NCBI RefSeq assembly: GCF_009914755.1
Contig: NC_060936.1
Strand: one strand, 5' to 3'
DNA: 64,000 nucleotides
Source of the DNA: the human T2T-CHM13v2.0 reference genome, Homo sapiens
This document shows positions 12,663-24,808 of this stretch, in pieces. Numbering within the stretch: the first letter of the stretch is position 1; the number at the start of each line of letters is the position of its first letter. Under the pieces are notes generated by a model. It made no database searches and was not told the DNA's origin. It saw only the letters and a list, made by a program, of their open reading frames with translations. A program made the translations under genes and the position numbers.

Positions 12663-13930
12663 AACATGATGATCTCTGGTATCCCTTGTAGTAAACACCT
12701 CTATGATTCTAAACCATGTTGAAATTTGGGCAGTATATCAAACTCTTTAGTGATTTTTAAGTTAGTAAAATGGAGATTCTACTTCATGTTGCCACACACA
12801 GCAATGGAGTTTAGAATTGGCCTGAATGGTTGGCTTGGAAGATGTTTGTTAGTGGCCAGAATCATTCATGAATCTTCTTGCTTTTTCCTCTCCTCCTATG
12901 GGGATCATGTCTCTAAATGAAACAATATGTGCTTTTGTTGAGCTGAAAACTGGATGAAGTGAGGGGTAAAATGAATGGACAATTAGTCCTGTAAATCACT
13001 AATCCAGAGGACAGCCAGCAACCACTTCTTCTGTCCCCACTTTGAGGTTAAAAACAAAAATGCTGTGTTTGGAGGCCGTAATGTGAGCTTTTGTCAACAA
13101 AGAGGAAAGCGCAATAGGGTTCCACTTCAATAAATAATTTTTACGCAATCCATAGTAATTCAGCCAATCAATTAATTATGAATTGCAAACATATTTCACC
13201 CAGGAAGTGTTTGGTAACAGTTTGTGGTTAACAAAGACAATGTGTTCAACATAGGATCTAGCCCAAATTTACTAATAAAATATGATCTTTTTACTGCAAA
13301 AGTGACTTAGGAGACATTACTGGGGAGACAAAACCCTTAATACACAAAGATACTCCATAAAACTTTAATTGCATGGCAGAATCTATAAATGCAAGAGAAG
13401 CAGCCTCATCTTGAATTTCAAGTAAGAAATGTTTTGGGAGCCGTCTGTGTCACTAATCAGAAATATAATCAATGAAAGGTATGAGGTTCCCTGAGAAGCT
13501 GCTTTGATCATGCAAACATGAGCTTCATTTTTAGATGTAACTAGTGTCTTCTTTCAGGTGATTATTGATCAGGTTCTTCTCTGCTGAGTCAATGACAAAC
13601 ACACACAAAGCTTGGTCCAACGTGAAGTTTGATGTCCCGCATCACAGTTGCAGGGAAACATGAGGTCATAGCACCAGAGGTTTGAGCTCTTCAGTTCAAA
13701 AACCATATGCAGCATGAAAGAATGCTCTGGTGTTCTTTGAAGTTTGATGTATGTAACTTCAAATCTCAAAGAGAAATACATTTCTCCTCCCACTGAATTC
13801 AATTGCTTTGTAAGTGGTCTGATTTCTGAAAAATTGATTTTTGGTACAACTGAAGAGTCTATTTAACATTTGGGTTGCCTTAATAATAGAAGCCCAAGGA
13901 TGCTATGACTCTCATGTTTCAAGGACCTGT

Positions 13931-13976
13931 GCCACAAGGACATAAAGATCACAAAGCCACAAGGACATAAAGATCA
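13931..13976. repeat. Tandem duplication with 25-bp period
   Basis: gccacaaggacataaagatca repeated exactly at 13931 and 13956. Confidence 0.9.
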
Positions 13977-14174
13977 GAACAACATCACTCTGCCCTAGAT
14001 GAGTTCACTTTCTAGGGGAACCAACACCTGTATTAGAGTGTTGGAAGACTGCCTTTAAATGCTTCAAAATGCATCTGCTATTATTTTAGGATGGGAGAAA
14101 GATCACCATGGTTTTCACTGATCATCAGAAGAAATAAGTACTTATTAGATTTTTATGTCTATATTATTTACATA

Positions 14175-14499
14175 TTTTGAAATTGTGGTAGAATACACAT
14201 AACACAAAATTTGCCATCTTCACCATTCTCAAATTTACAGTTAGGGGCCTTAAGTACATTCACTTTATTGTGCCACTGTCACCACCATCCACCCACAAGA
14301 CTCTTTCCGTCTTGCAAAATCGAAACTCCAAACACATTAAAAAAAAACCTCCTAATTCTTCCCTACCCTCAACCCCTGGCAACCACATTTCTACTTTCTG
14401 CCTGTGAGTTTGTCTCCTGTAGATACCCCTTTTAAGTGGAATTGTTCTGTGTTTGTTCTTTTGGTTGGCTTATTTCACTCAGCATAATGTCTTCAAGGT
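14175..14499 (-). mobile_element. L1MB 3' end fragment
   Basis: Reverse L1MB 3'UTR: attgtggtagaatacacataac...cagcataatgtcttcaagg. Confidence 0.8.
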
Positions 14500-16494
14500 A
14501 AATTTTTTTTAAAGAGCCAATAAATACTTCCAAGTGTCTCATAAGCAACCAGCTGTGCTTGTTCTAGCTGAGGTACCTCGGTTTATTTACAGGTCTTATT
14601 AGAAAGTCACTTCTTCTCATGGTAAAGGGAGCCGATGTCATTTTGTACATCTTTGAAGGAATTCAGTATCATTCATGGATTATCCATTCATGGGTTCTCT
14701 GATCGCTCAAAGGCACCGGCACTGCCCCTCATAAGCTGTTGGTGGGGGTCGTGTAGCCCCTCCATAAGATGGCCAGAGAAAAGGCAGCCCACCTGACTCA
14801 GAGCTGCCAACCCCCAGCCCACGCGAGCTCTGTGCTTGATTATGGGTGTGTATTACCATCTGGTATGTGGGTTTAGCAGTAAGAATAGGAGAATCAATCA
14901 GGCTTTCCATGTCATATGTTGCTATTATTTTATTTAACACTTGTTCTATGGCCAATACTGCACCAAGCACAGCATAAAATCTGGAATTACTTGATACACT
15001 CCCTATCTATTATCCAAGGGAAACTTCTGCCAAACTTGCATCAGGGGATTCCTCTCAGTCCACTGAAAAGTGACTTTATTTCCTAATGACTTCCAAATAC
15101 AGAGTCTTGATTGTTTAAAGACTAAAAGCTATGCTTTAGAATTTTAAGTAAGATCCATTTTAATAAGATTCTCTTAGCAAATTTCTCTATACTTCATTAA
15201 GTTTCTATCCTGGAGGAAAATATATCTCTCCATATTCCATGATGTTAGTGGAGGAAATGAAGCAACCACTTCCACTCACTATTTCCCTGGCTGTTTCTAT
15301 TTAACAAAACGGTGATTTTAGCTGAAGCTTTGTTTGTGATTTTAATCACAATCTATATGTTGGACCTCAGTAATTAGAAATTTGAGTGTTTGTCGTAAAA
15401 AGCTACTTCCAGGGTACATTATTTTACCATGATGCCTTCCAATGTGTGGTCTCTTAAAAACTCTGTAAGGTCACATTATTAGCCAGTGTTTGTAATAGAC
15501 ATAGTACCTGCCTTTCTCTTATGCCTTTTGGAAGACTCTTCAATTCTTCCCTGGGCTCCAGGGAGTACTGGGATTATTCAAGTGCTTCCTTCCTTCAGCT
15601 AAGAGACTAAAGTTTCATTTTTACAGTAAAGAGCCTCAGCCTGCAGAGAGCGGTAACAGCTTCTTGGGCATGTCAGCCCTTGCACATACGACTGCCCTGC
15701 TGTGTGCAAAAGCAAATGGAATTTCCTTTCCTTTCCTCTTAACTGATATTCCTTCACTCTTGTTAGGTTTGCCTTTACAATCTATTACCAAAAACTGGAC
15801 AACAGAACTAGCATTATTTAAAAACATACACAATCCCCTCCCAATGACTTGGGGATGTCTTATTCATTCTGTAAAGCTGGGCACTGGGTTTGGTCTCTGG
15901 GATATACTAAGATGCTCAGACAGAGTCCCTGTTCTAAAGAAGTAGGGGAGAGGATTTATACTCAATTACATAATACTGTACAAGTGAGGACATAATATAT
16001 GGTATCAGAGACGGCTATGGAAATTCAGAAGATGGGAAAATCTCTGAATTTAGGAATCACAGAAGGGGAATGAAAATACCTCACTTTTCTTGAACATATA
16101 CTATGTATCAGGCACGGTGTTAGGCAGCTTACATACATGATTTAGTTCAATCTTCACAACCATGACATGATGAGGCATTTTTTACTCCAAATTTGGCAAC
16201 AAAGAGAAAGAAGCTTGTCCAGATCTGACTGTTTGCTCAGCTTTCATGCTTTATACTGCATTGTTCCATACTGATGACGCTCCTGCTTCAAATCCTATTC
16301 CCCTGTTCTACCCCCACCTCCCAAAAGGAGCAGAAAGATTGAGAGGCTTCAGACAATCAGATTTTACCAGATTTGTACTGCTTTTTAGTTTGCATCAGAA
16401 ATCTGTGGGACCTGTATGCAGAGAACCATATATGTCCAAAGTGTAGCCAAAATGCAATTTTTTTTTTTTAAGAATGTAATTTTAAGAATTGCAT

Positions 16495-16732
16495 GGCTGG
16501 GCACAGTGGCTCACGCCTGTAATCCCAACACTTTGGGAGGCCAAAGCAGGTGGAACACCTGAGGTCAGGAGTTCGAAACCAGCCTGGCCAACATGACGAA
16601 ACCCCGTCTCTACTAAAAATACAAAAATTAGCTGGGTGTGGTGGCGGGCAGAGTTTGTAGTGAGACGAGATTGCGCCCCTGCACTCCAGCCTGAGTGACA
16701 GAGCATGACTCCATCTAAAAAAGAAAAAAAAA
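16495..16732 (+). mobile_element. AluSx-like with an internal deletion of about 60 bp in the right arm
   Basis: Sequence jumps from ggtggcgggc to agagtttgtagtgag at about 16649; the tail runs into (CA)n. Confidence 0.92.
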
Positions 16733-16753
16733 ACACACACACACACACACACA
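16733..16753. repeat. (CA)n microsatellite
   Basis: About 10 CA units following the Alu tail. Confidence 0.95.
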
Positions 16754-16984
16754 TAATTTATTTAGAGGTACACAATGGGGAAACCCTTTGTATGTCTGCA
16801 TAGTTCTTTCTTCCTCTTGTGATTCCAGATGGGAATCTAGGACTTAGATAATTGACTACAGATTTACTGGGCTTGGGGAAAGATGCAAAGCCATAACACA
16901 GGAGCACACTTGTACAGAGAGAGCAGCTATCAGAATTCAGATTCAGCACACCTTCATGAGTATCCACTATGTGCCACTTAGAGG

Positions 16985-17120
16985 CTTATCTTTTACACTT
17001 TTATCTTCACACCAAACCTGCAAGTTGGATGCTAATCTCTCCCATTTGACACATGAGGAAACTGAGCCCACATAGAAAGTAAGTGATAGAGTTTAGATTC
17101 AAACTCAGGCCCTCTGCCTC
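16985..17120 (-). mobile_element. MIR
   Basis: Reverse MIR core cccatttgacacatgaggaaactgag. Confidence 0.75.
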
Positions 17121-18284
17121 AAGTCCAACTTATGACTTAAAAGCAGAAATATTTGAAGTCTGGAAAGAGGCTTTTCAGTTCATTAAAATCTGGCCTGTCA
17201 AAGCTGGACATGCAGCTTTCTCCACACTCTGCTCTGTCGCCTTAGAACCCCTGCACCAGAGACAGAGAACGTTACCCCTGGGAACAGCCCAGTGTCTGGC
17301 TCTTAGCACATAAGCACATGCCTCAATTCTGGTTCAAAATTACATTGCCGTTGTTTAGAGGAGGCTGCCTCCCCACTACTTCTGCTACTGCTTGATCTGT
17401 AGAGCTTTCTTAAGATAAAGCAGATGTTCCTAGCCCAGAAGCCTTGAGGTTGCTGCACCAAGCCCTCCAGCTGGAGCAGGAATGAAGGTCCCCAACACCA
17501 GAGACTGCCAACAACGTACAGGCCTCAGAGTAAGCCTTGAAGAGTTAGCTAATGGCAGCATCTGGCTTTCCATCGTGATCATCTTACTTCATGACACAGC
17601 ACGTTTTTAGGAAATTACACTTTCATTTTTCCTGCTGTCCATTAAAGAAGGTTTAATAACATAGTCTGGAAATACAGGTGGGAAGTAGATTTGGGAAGTT
17701 GGACTATATGCAAATTAAAACTATAACTTGTTTGAATTACTCCAAAGTTGGTATCTTTTTCAAAAATAATAAAGAACAAATACAGCAAATTATTCAGTAG
17801 GGTCTGAGTAAAACAGGATGTTACCTGTTTATCTAAGTGTATAAAAAGGTATATAATAAAGCCTGGACACAGGTTATCAATAAATACTTATATAAATGAA
17901 TAAATGTATGGTGATTTTAGGATCTTACCAAAACCAAGAGTGTCAGCCTTCTTTGAGTTAGGCCTAATTTTCAATCCTGATACTAATGGTGGGGGAATTA
18001 CGGTGGTAAACAGTTGAAGGGGTCTGCTGCTCCTTTATTTTCTGCCCAAACGACATTAAACCACCTTTGCATGGTATCTTCACTCGGTTCTCACTCCTGC
18101 TATTGTGGTTTCTTTCCTCCTTGCTCCCCTGCCCCTCCCGCAATGTCTGTGGACTATCTGGACCCTTCATTTTGTACTTTTTTGGTGGACAAACACAGAA
18201 GGTTTTGTCTTAAAGCTGTAGCCACACTCATGAGGTACAACCAGAAACTGCTTCAATAAAGGAAGGCAATATGAACACTTTGAT

Positions 18285-18362
18285 ACCTCCTCCCCTCCCT
18301 CCATTCTCCTTGCCCTCCTCCCTCTTCTCCTTCCCCTCATCTTTTTCTTCTTCCCCTGCTTA
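18285..18362. repeat. CT-rich low-complexity tract
   Basis: Almost pure pyrimidine run. Confidence 0.8.
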
Positions 18363-19488
18363 TTCTAGAAATGTTTCAGATTAGAAAATAATTTGTTACT
18401 TTGCTGTTTTAAAAAGGTGATATGTAGTCTCCTTATCTTAGAGATTAAGTTCTGTGTTCACCTAATGTACAACCATTTATTCTCTAAGTGAGGTAATGAC
18501 ATGATGATGGTCTATAGCAGATTGGAGACACCCTGTAAAATTAACATGTCTTACATCTTCCTATAATTATTTTATGTGTAAATTATTTAATATGCACAAT
18601 GAAAAATAATTGTATACGACAAAGTGAACTGCTATGCCAGGCTCTGATCCAAAGATATTGTATGGATTGGTTTTTGGCATCTAAGGGCACTTTAGCTTTT
18701 ACTTCACATTAGTGAAACTATATTCTTTTAAATTAGCTCACTAGAAATCTATGCTAGTTAGAATAATGAAAACTTGAAATAAATAAGGTATATAGAACAA
18801 GAAAATATTCCTGATTCAATTGTTTCATGATTTCTATTAGCATATCACATTAATGTTTTGTTTCAAAATATGATGGTTACTTTCTCAACATGTTTCTATT
18901 TTAAAATGACCTTTACTATCAACGTATCTACATGGTGTCAAGTAATTGGAAGGCAAATACAAAATTCATATAAATATTTGCAGACACACCCTGAGTGTGA
19001 TGAGCCTTGATTACAAAAAAGATGTTGATAAGCTCTGTCCTCACCAATAATTATTTGTTCCTTTTGGAAAGGTACATAGTCTGTCAAAGCAACTGAATTA
19101 TTTCTAGTCTGCAAATAAATTTAATGGAGCAAATACTTTCTAGGTCACAGTATGGGAAAGGTGACATTTTTATTATGGAAAGAGTGAAGGTCTGTTTTTT
19201 GATCTGCTGAAAAAAATAGATTGGCATAGAGTTTTTTTCTAGTCACAAAATTGAACATTTTATTTTGAGATGTTAATTTTCAAAAAACACCATCAGATAA
19301 GAAAATGAGTCTTTGTCATATACATTTTGTCCCAACTTTATAATAATTCATTACTAGTATAGTATAAGGTTTTAATAGGTAGTTAGATCATTTGAGCCAA
19401 ATTATTTGCCAATCTAAATATTAATTATTCATTTATTGAAAATGTCAAAGTTGTGAGATCCTGGACTGTGTTAATCATGAGTGTTTTT

Positions 19489-19971
19489 TAAATTTAATTT
19501 TTTCTTTATTCAGAACAACATTAAGTAGCAAATAAAAAATACCACTGCAAGTCTAGGAAGATTTCAGAAGAAAGGAAAAAGCTTTATATTTTAGCACTTT
19601 TTAAAAACAGCTTTACTGAGACATAATTCATATATCAACAATTTACTCACTTAAAATGCACAATTCAATGGTTTTTAGTATATTCACAAATAGGTACAGC
19701 CATTGTCACAGTCAATTTGGGAATATTTTCATCACCTCAGAAAGAAACATTGATAAATTAACCAGATATGGTGGTGCATGCCTGTAGTCCTAGCTACTTG
19801 GGAGGCTGAGATGGGAGGACTGTTTGAGCTGATCTTGAGCTCCTGGGCTGAAGTGATCCTCCCACCATGGACTCCCAGAATGCTGGGATTACAGAAAGGC
19901 GTCACTGTGCCTGGCCAGCATAATGTTTTCAAGGTTCATCCCTGTTGTAACATGTAGCAGTACTTCATTCA
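19489..19971 (-). mobile_element. 3'-transduced segment carried by the adjacent L1PA (unique DNA + L1MB fragments + Alu chimera)
   Basis: Lies inside the TSD aatcatgagtgttttt (19473-19488 and 21741-21756); AATAAA on the minus strand at 19510-19505. Confidence 0.8.
19755..19916. mobile_element. Inverted AluJ chimera (right-arm piece on +, left arm on -)
   Basis: 19755-19830 is sense right arm and 19831-19916 is antisense left arm; ttgagct occurs on both sides of the junction. Confidence 0.8.
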
Positions 19972-21740
19972 TTTTTTTTATTATACTTTAAGTTCTAGGG
20001 TACATGTGCACAATGTGCAGGTTTGTTACATATGTATACATGTGCCATGTTGGTGTGCTGCACCCATTAACTCGTCATTTACATTAGGTGTATCTCCTAA
20101 TGCTATCCCTCCCCCCTACCTCCACCCCATGACAGGCCCCAGTGTGTGATGTTCCCCATCCTGTGTCCAAGTGTTCTCATTGTTCAATTCCCACCTATGA
20201 GTGAGAACATGCAGTGTTTGGTTTTCTGTCCATGCGACAGTTTGCTCAGAATGTTGGTTTCCAGCTTCATCCATGTCCCTACAAAGGACATGAACTCATC
20301 CTTCTTTATGGCTGCATAGTATTCCATGGTGTATATGTGCCACATTTTCTTAATCCAGTCTATCATTGTTGGACATTTGGGTTGGTTCCAAGTCTTTGCT
20401 ATTGTGAATAGTGCCGCAATAAACATACGTGTGCATGTGTCTTTATAGCAGCATGATTTATAATCCTTTGGGTATATACCCAGTAATGGGATGGCTGGGT
20501 CAAATGGCATTTCTAGTTCTAGATCCTTGAGGAATCGCCACACTGTCTTCCACAATGATTGAACTAGCTTATAGTCCCACCAACAGTGTAAAAGTGTTCC
20601 TATTTCTCCACATCCTCTCCAGCACCTGTTGTTTCCTGACTTTTTAATGATCACCATTCTAACTGGTGTGAGATGGTATCTCATTGTGGTTTTGATTTGC
20701 ATTTCTCTGATGGCTTGTGATGATGAGCATTTTTTTCATGTGTCTGTTGGCTGCATAAATGTCTTCTTTTGAGAAGTGTCTGTTCATATCCTTTGCCCAC
20801 TTTTTGATGGGGTTGTTTGATTTTTTGTTGTAAATTTGTTTAAGTTCTTTGTACATTCTGGATATTAGCCATTTGTAGATTGCAAAAATTTTCTCCCATT
20901 CTGTAAATTGCCTGTTCACTCTGATGGTAATTTCTTTTGCTGTGCAGAAGCTCTTTAGTTTAATTAGATCCCATTTGTCAATTTTGGCTTTTGTTGCCAT
21001 TGCTTTTGGTGTTATAGACATGAAGTCCTTGCCCATGCCTATGTCCTGAATGGTATTGCCTAGGTTTTCTTGTAGGGTTTTTATGGTTATAAGTCTAACA
21101 TGTAAGTCTTTAATCCATCTTGAACTAATTTTTGTATAAGATGTAAGGAAGGGATCTAGTTTCAGCTTTCTACATATGGCTAGCCAGTTTTCCCAGCACC
21201 ATTTATTAAATAAGGAATCCTTTCCCCATTGCTTGTTTTTGTCAGGTTTGTCAAAGATCAGATGGTTGTAGATGTGTGGTATTATTTCTGAGGGCTCTGT
21301 TCTGTTCCATTGGTCTATATCTCTGTTTTGGCACCAGTACCATGTTGTTTTGGTTACTGTAACCTTGTAGTATAGTTTGAAGTCAGGTAGCATGATGCCC
21401 CCAGCTTTGTTCTTTTGGCTTAGGATTGTCTTGGGAATGTGGGCTCTTTTTTGGTTCCATATGAACTTTAAATTAGTTTTTTCCAATTCTGTGAAGAAAG
21501 TCATTGGTAGCTTGATGGGGATGGCATTGAATCTATAAATTACCTTGGGCAGTATGGCCATTTTCACGATATTGATTCTTCCTATCCGTGAGCATGGAAT
21601 GTTCTTCCATTTGTTTGTGTCCTCTTTTATTTCCTTGAGCAGTGGTTTGTAGTTGTCCTTGAAGAGGTCCTTCACATCCCTTGTAAGTTAGATTCCTAGG
21701 TATTTTATTCTCTTTGAAGCAATTGTGAATAGGAGTTCAC
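19972..21740 (-). mobile_element. 5'-truncated L1PA (about L1PA5), ORF2 C-terminal remnant
   Basis: ORFs 21675-20659 and 20702-20184 encode the L1 ORF2p C-terminus (...KLDPFLT..., ...[16 protein letters not shown]...SLIGGN); typical L1PA 3'UTR. Confidence 0.97.
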
Positions 21741-22179
21741 AATCATGAGTGTTTTTAAAACCTTATTTTTACAAAACAACTGTATTGGTACTGGCATAAG
21801 GATAGTCATATAGATCAGTGGAATAGAATTGAGAGTCTAGAAATAAATCCACATGCCTATAGCCAGCTGATTTTCAACAGTGATGCAAAAACGTTCAATG
21901 AGGGAAGAATAGTCTTTTCAACAAATAGTGCTGGGACAACTGCATAACCACATGCAAAAGAATAAAATAAATAAATATATTTACCTCACACCAAATATAA
22001 AAATTAATCCTAAATAGATCAAAGGCCTAAACTTAAGAGCTAAAACTACAAAATTCCTAGAAGAAAACAGAGTCGTAAATACTTGTGACCTTAGATTTGG
22101 TAATAATTTGTTAGGTATGACAACAAGCAACAAAAGAAAAAATAGATAAATTGGACTTCATCAAAACTAAAAGCTTTTT

Positions 22180-22320
22180 GACTGGGCATGGTGGCTCACA
22201 CCTATAATCCCAAAGTATTGGGATTATAGGGAGATGAGAGGATTGCTTGAGCTCAGAAGTTCAAGACCAGCCTGGACAACATAGTGAAACTGCATCTCTT
22301 AAAAAAAAGAAAGAAAGAAA
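22180..22320 (+). mobile_element. FLAM/AluJ left monomer containing a perfect palindrome
   Basis: Single Alu arm with an A/GAAA tail; 13-bp inverted repeat at 22201-22230. Confidence 0.85.
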
Positions 22321-22465
22321 ACTATTAAAAACTTTTGTGCTTCAAAAAACACTATCAGGGAAGTGAAAAGACAACTCATAAAATGGGAGACAGTGTTTGC
22401 AATCTGGCAAGAGACTTATGTCCAGAATATATATGAACTCCTACACCTCAATAATAAAAAGATTA

Positions 22466-22760
22466 GGCCGGGCGTGGTGGCTCACACCTATAATCCCAGC
22501 ACTTTGGGAGGTTGAGGCGTGTGGATCATCTGAGGTCAGCCTGGTCAATATGGGAAAACCCCATCTCCACTAAAAATACAAAAATTAGCCAGGCATGGTG
22601 GCAGGTGCCTGTAATCCCAGCTACTTGGGGGAGGCTGAGGCATGAGAATTGTTTGAACCCAGGGGGCGGAGGTTACATGAACCAAGATCACACCACTGCA
22701 CTCCAGCCTGGGGGACAGAGTGAGACTCTGTCTCCATAATAATAATAATAATAATAATAA
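22466..22760 (+). mobile_element. AluSx-like with (AAT)n tail
   Basis: Dimer with a small left-arm deletion; TSD aataaaaagatta / aataaaatgatta. Confidence 0.92.
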
Positions 22761-23263
22761 AATGATTAATTGCCCAATTAAAAAATAGAAAAATGATATT
22801 CATAGATATTTCTCCAAGGAAGATACACAAATGGTCAATAAGTACATGAAAAGATGCTCAACGTTATTAGTCATCAGAGAAATGCAAATGAAAGCTACAA
22901 TGAGATACCACTTCACACCCACTAAGATAGCTAAAAACAAAAATTCAGATAACAAATGTTGACAAGGGTGTGGAGAAATTGGAATCCTCCTGTGCTGCTA
23001 GTGGAAATGTAAAATGATGCAGCCACTTTGGAAAATAGTCTGTTTTTCAAGCAGTTAAACAAGGAGTAACCATATGGTCCAGCAATTCTACTTCTAGGTA
23101 TATACTCAAGAGAAGTGAAAGCATTTGCCCACACAAAATTTTGTATGCAAATGATTATAGCAGTATTATTTATAATAGAAAAAAAGGTGGAAACAACTCA
23201 AATGTCCATCAACTGATGAATGGATTAAGAAAATGAGGCATATCTACATAGTGGAATATGTTA

Positions 23264-23674
<411 letters not shown>

Positions 23675-24516
23675 TTATATGATTCAATTTATGTGAAATG
23701 TTCTTAACAGGAAAATCTATAAAGACAGAAGGTAGATTCGTGGCTGCCTAGGGGTGGAAAAAATGGCGGTATAGAAAAGGGACATAGCTAAAGGGTATGT
23801 GGCTGCTTTCAGAGGTGATGAAAAATGTTCTAAAATTGTGGTGATGGTTCCACATGTCTATGAAAATACTAAAAACCATTGAATTGTACATTTTAAATGG
23901 ATAAAGTGTATGTTATGTGAATTATTTCTCCATAAAGCATTAAAAATGAGTGAAAAAATCTTATTCTTTAAACACAAGGAAAGAAACAATCCCGGTGATA
24001 CATTGTAGGCGACGGTTTATAAATGAGACTTTGGCAGAAGGCAGGGGCTTCTCACTTGTTTTTGCATGGTTCCTTTCATGGCTACAAAGTTATGAATCGT
24101 TAGTGGGTACTCATTGCCCTGAAGGAGAGAATCTGCTCTGAAAACACTGACTCATTCAAAACCAAACCACTTCAGATCTTAAAAAAATGAAAACTAAAAT
24201 GAAGCCCAAAGCAAACTGAGTATTTTAATTAATTTAAAATGTTGGAGGCTTTCTTTTTTTAAAGAAATCTCCTTTGCCATTTTTCTCCAATACGTAGAAA
24301 TAAGAATGCATGTTTTACATGTTCTAATACATTTTTTAGTAGAACAATAATTTAATCTAATTAAATGTCCAAAGAGAATTTTCTAGATGTTGACTTAAGT
24401 TGGCTGCTCTGCCTTAGGAAGTTCCTGCTGATGGGAGTAGTAGAGAAGTAATTAAGAGCACCATGGACTTAAGCTTCTTTCCTGTCTCTGTCAAAATAAG
24501 TGATAAAAGATGCTCT

Positions 24517-24808
24517 GAGCCGGGTGTGGTGGAGCTCACGCCTGTAATCCCAACACTTTGGAAGGCAAGGTGGGCAGATCACTTGAGGTCAGCAGTTCGA
24601 GACCAGCCTGGCTAACATGGTGAAACCCCGTCTCTACTAAAAATACAAAAATTAGCCGGGTATGGTGGTGGGCGCCTGTAATCCCAGCTACTCGGGAGGC
24701 TGAGGCAGGAGAATCGCTTAAACCTAGGGAGGTTGCAGTGAGCTGAAATCATGCCACTGCACTCCAGTCTGGGTGACAGAGCGAGACTCCATCTCAAAAA
24801 AAAAAAAA
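24517..24808 (+). mobile_element. AluSx-like
   Basis: Dimer; TSD aaaagatgctctga at 24505-24518 and 24809-24822. Confidence 0.94.

Noticed and set aside
15680-15709. Hairpin ttgcacata...tgtgtgcaa as a possible miRNA
   Set aside because: The stem is only about 9 bp, far too short for a pre-miRNA.
20184-21675. Long ORFs of 338 and 172 aa
   Set aside because: Frameshifted ORF2p remnants of a 5'-truncated L1PA, not a host gene.
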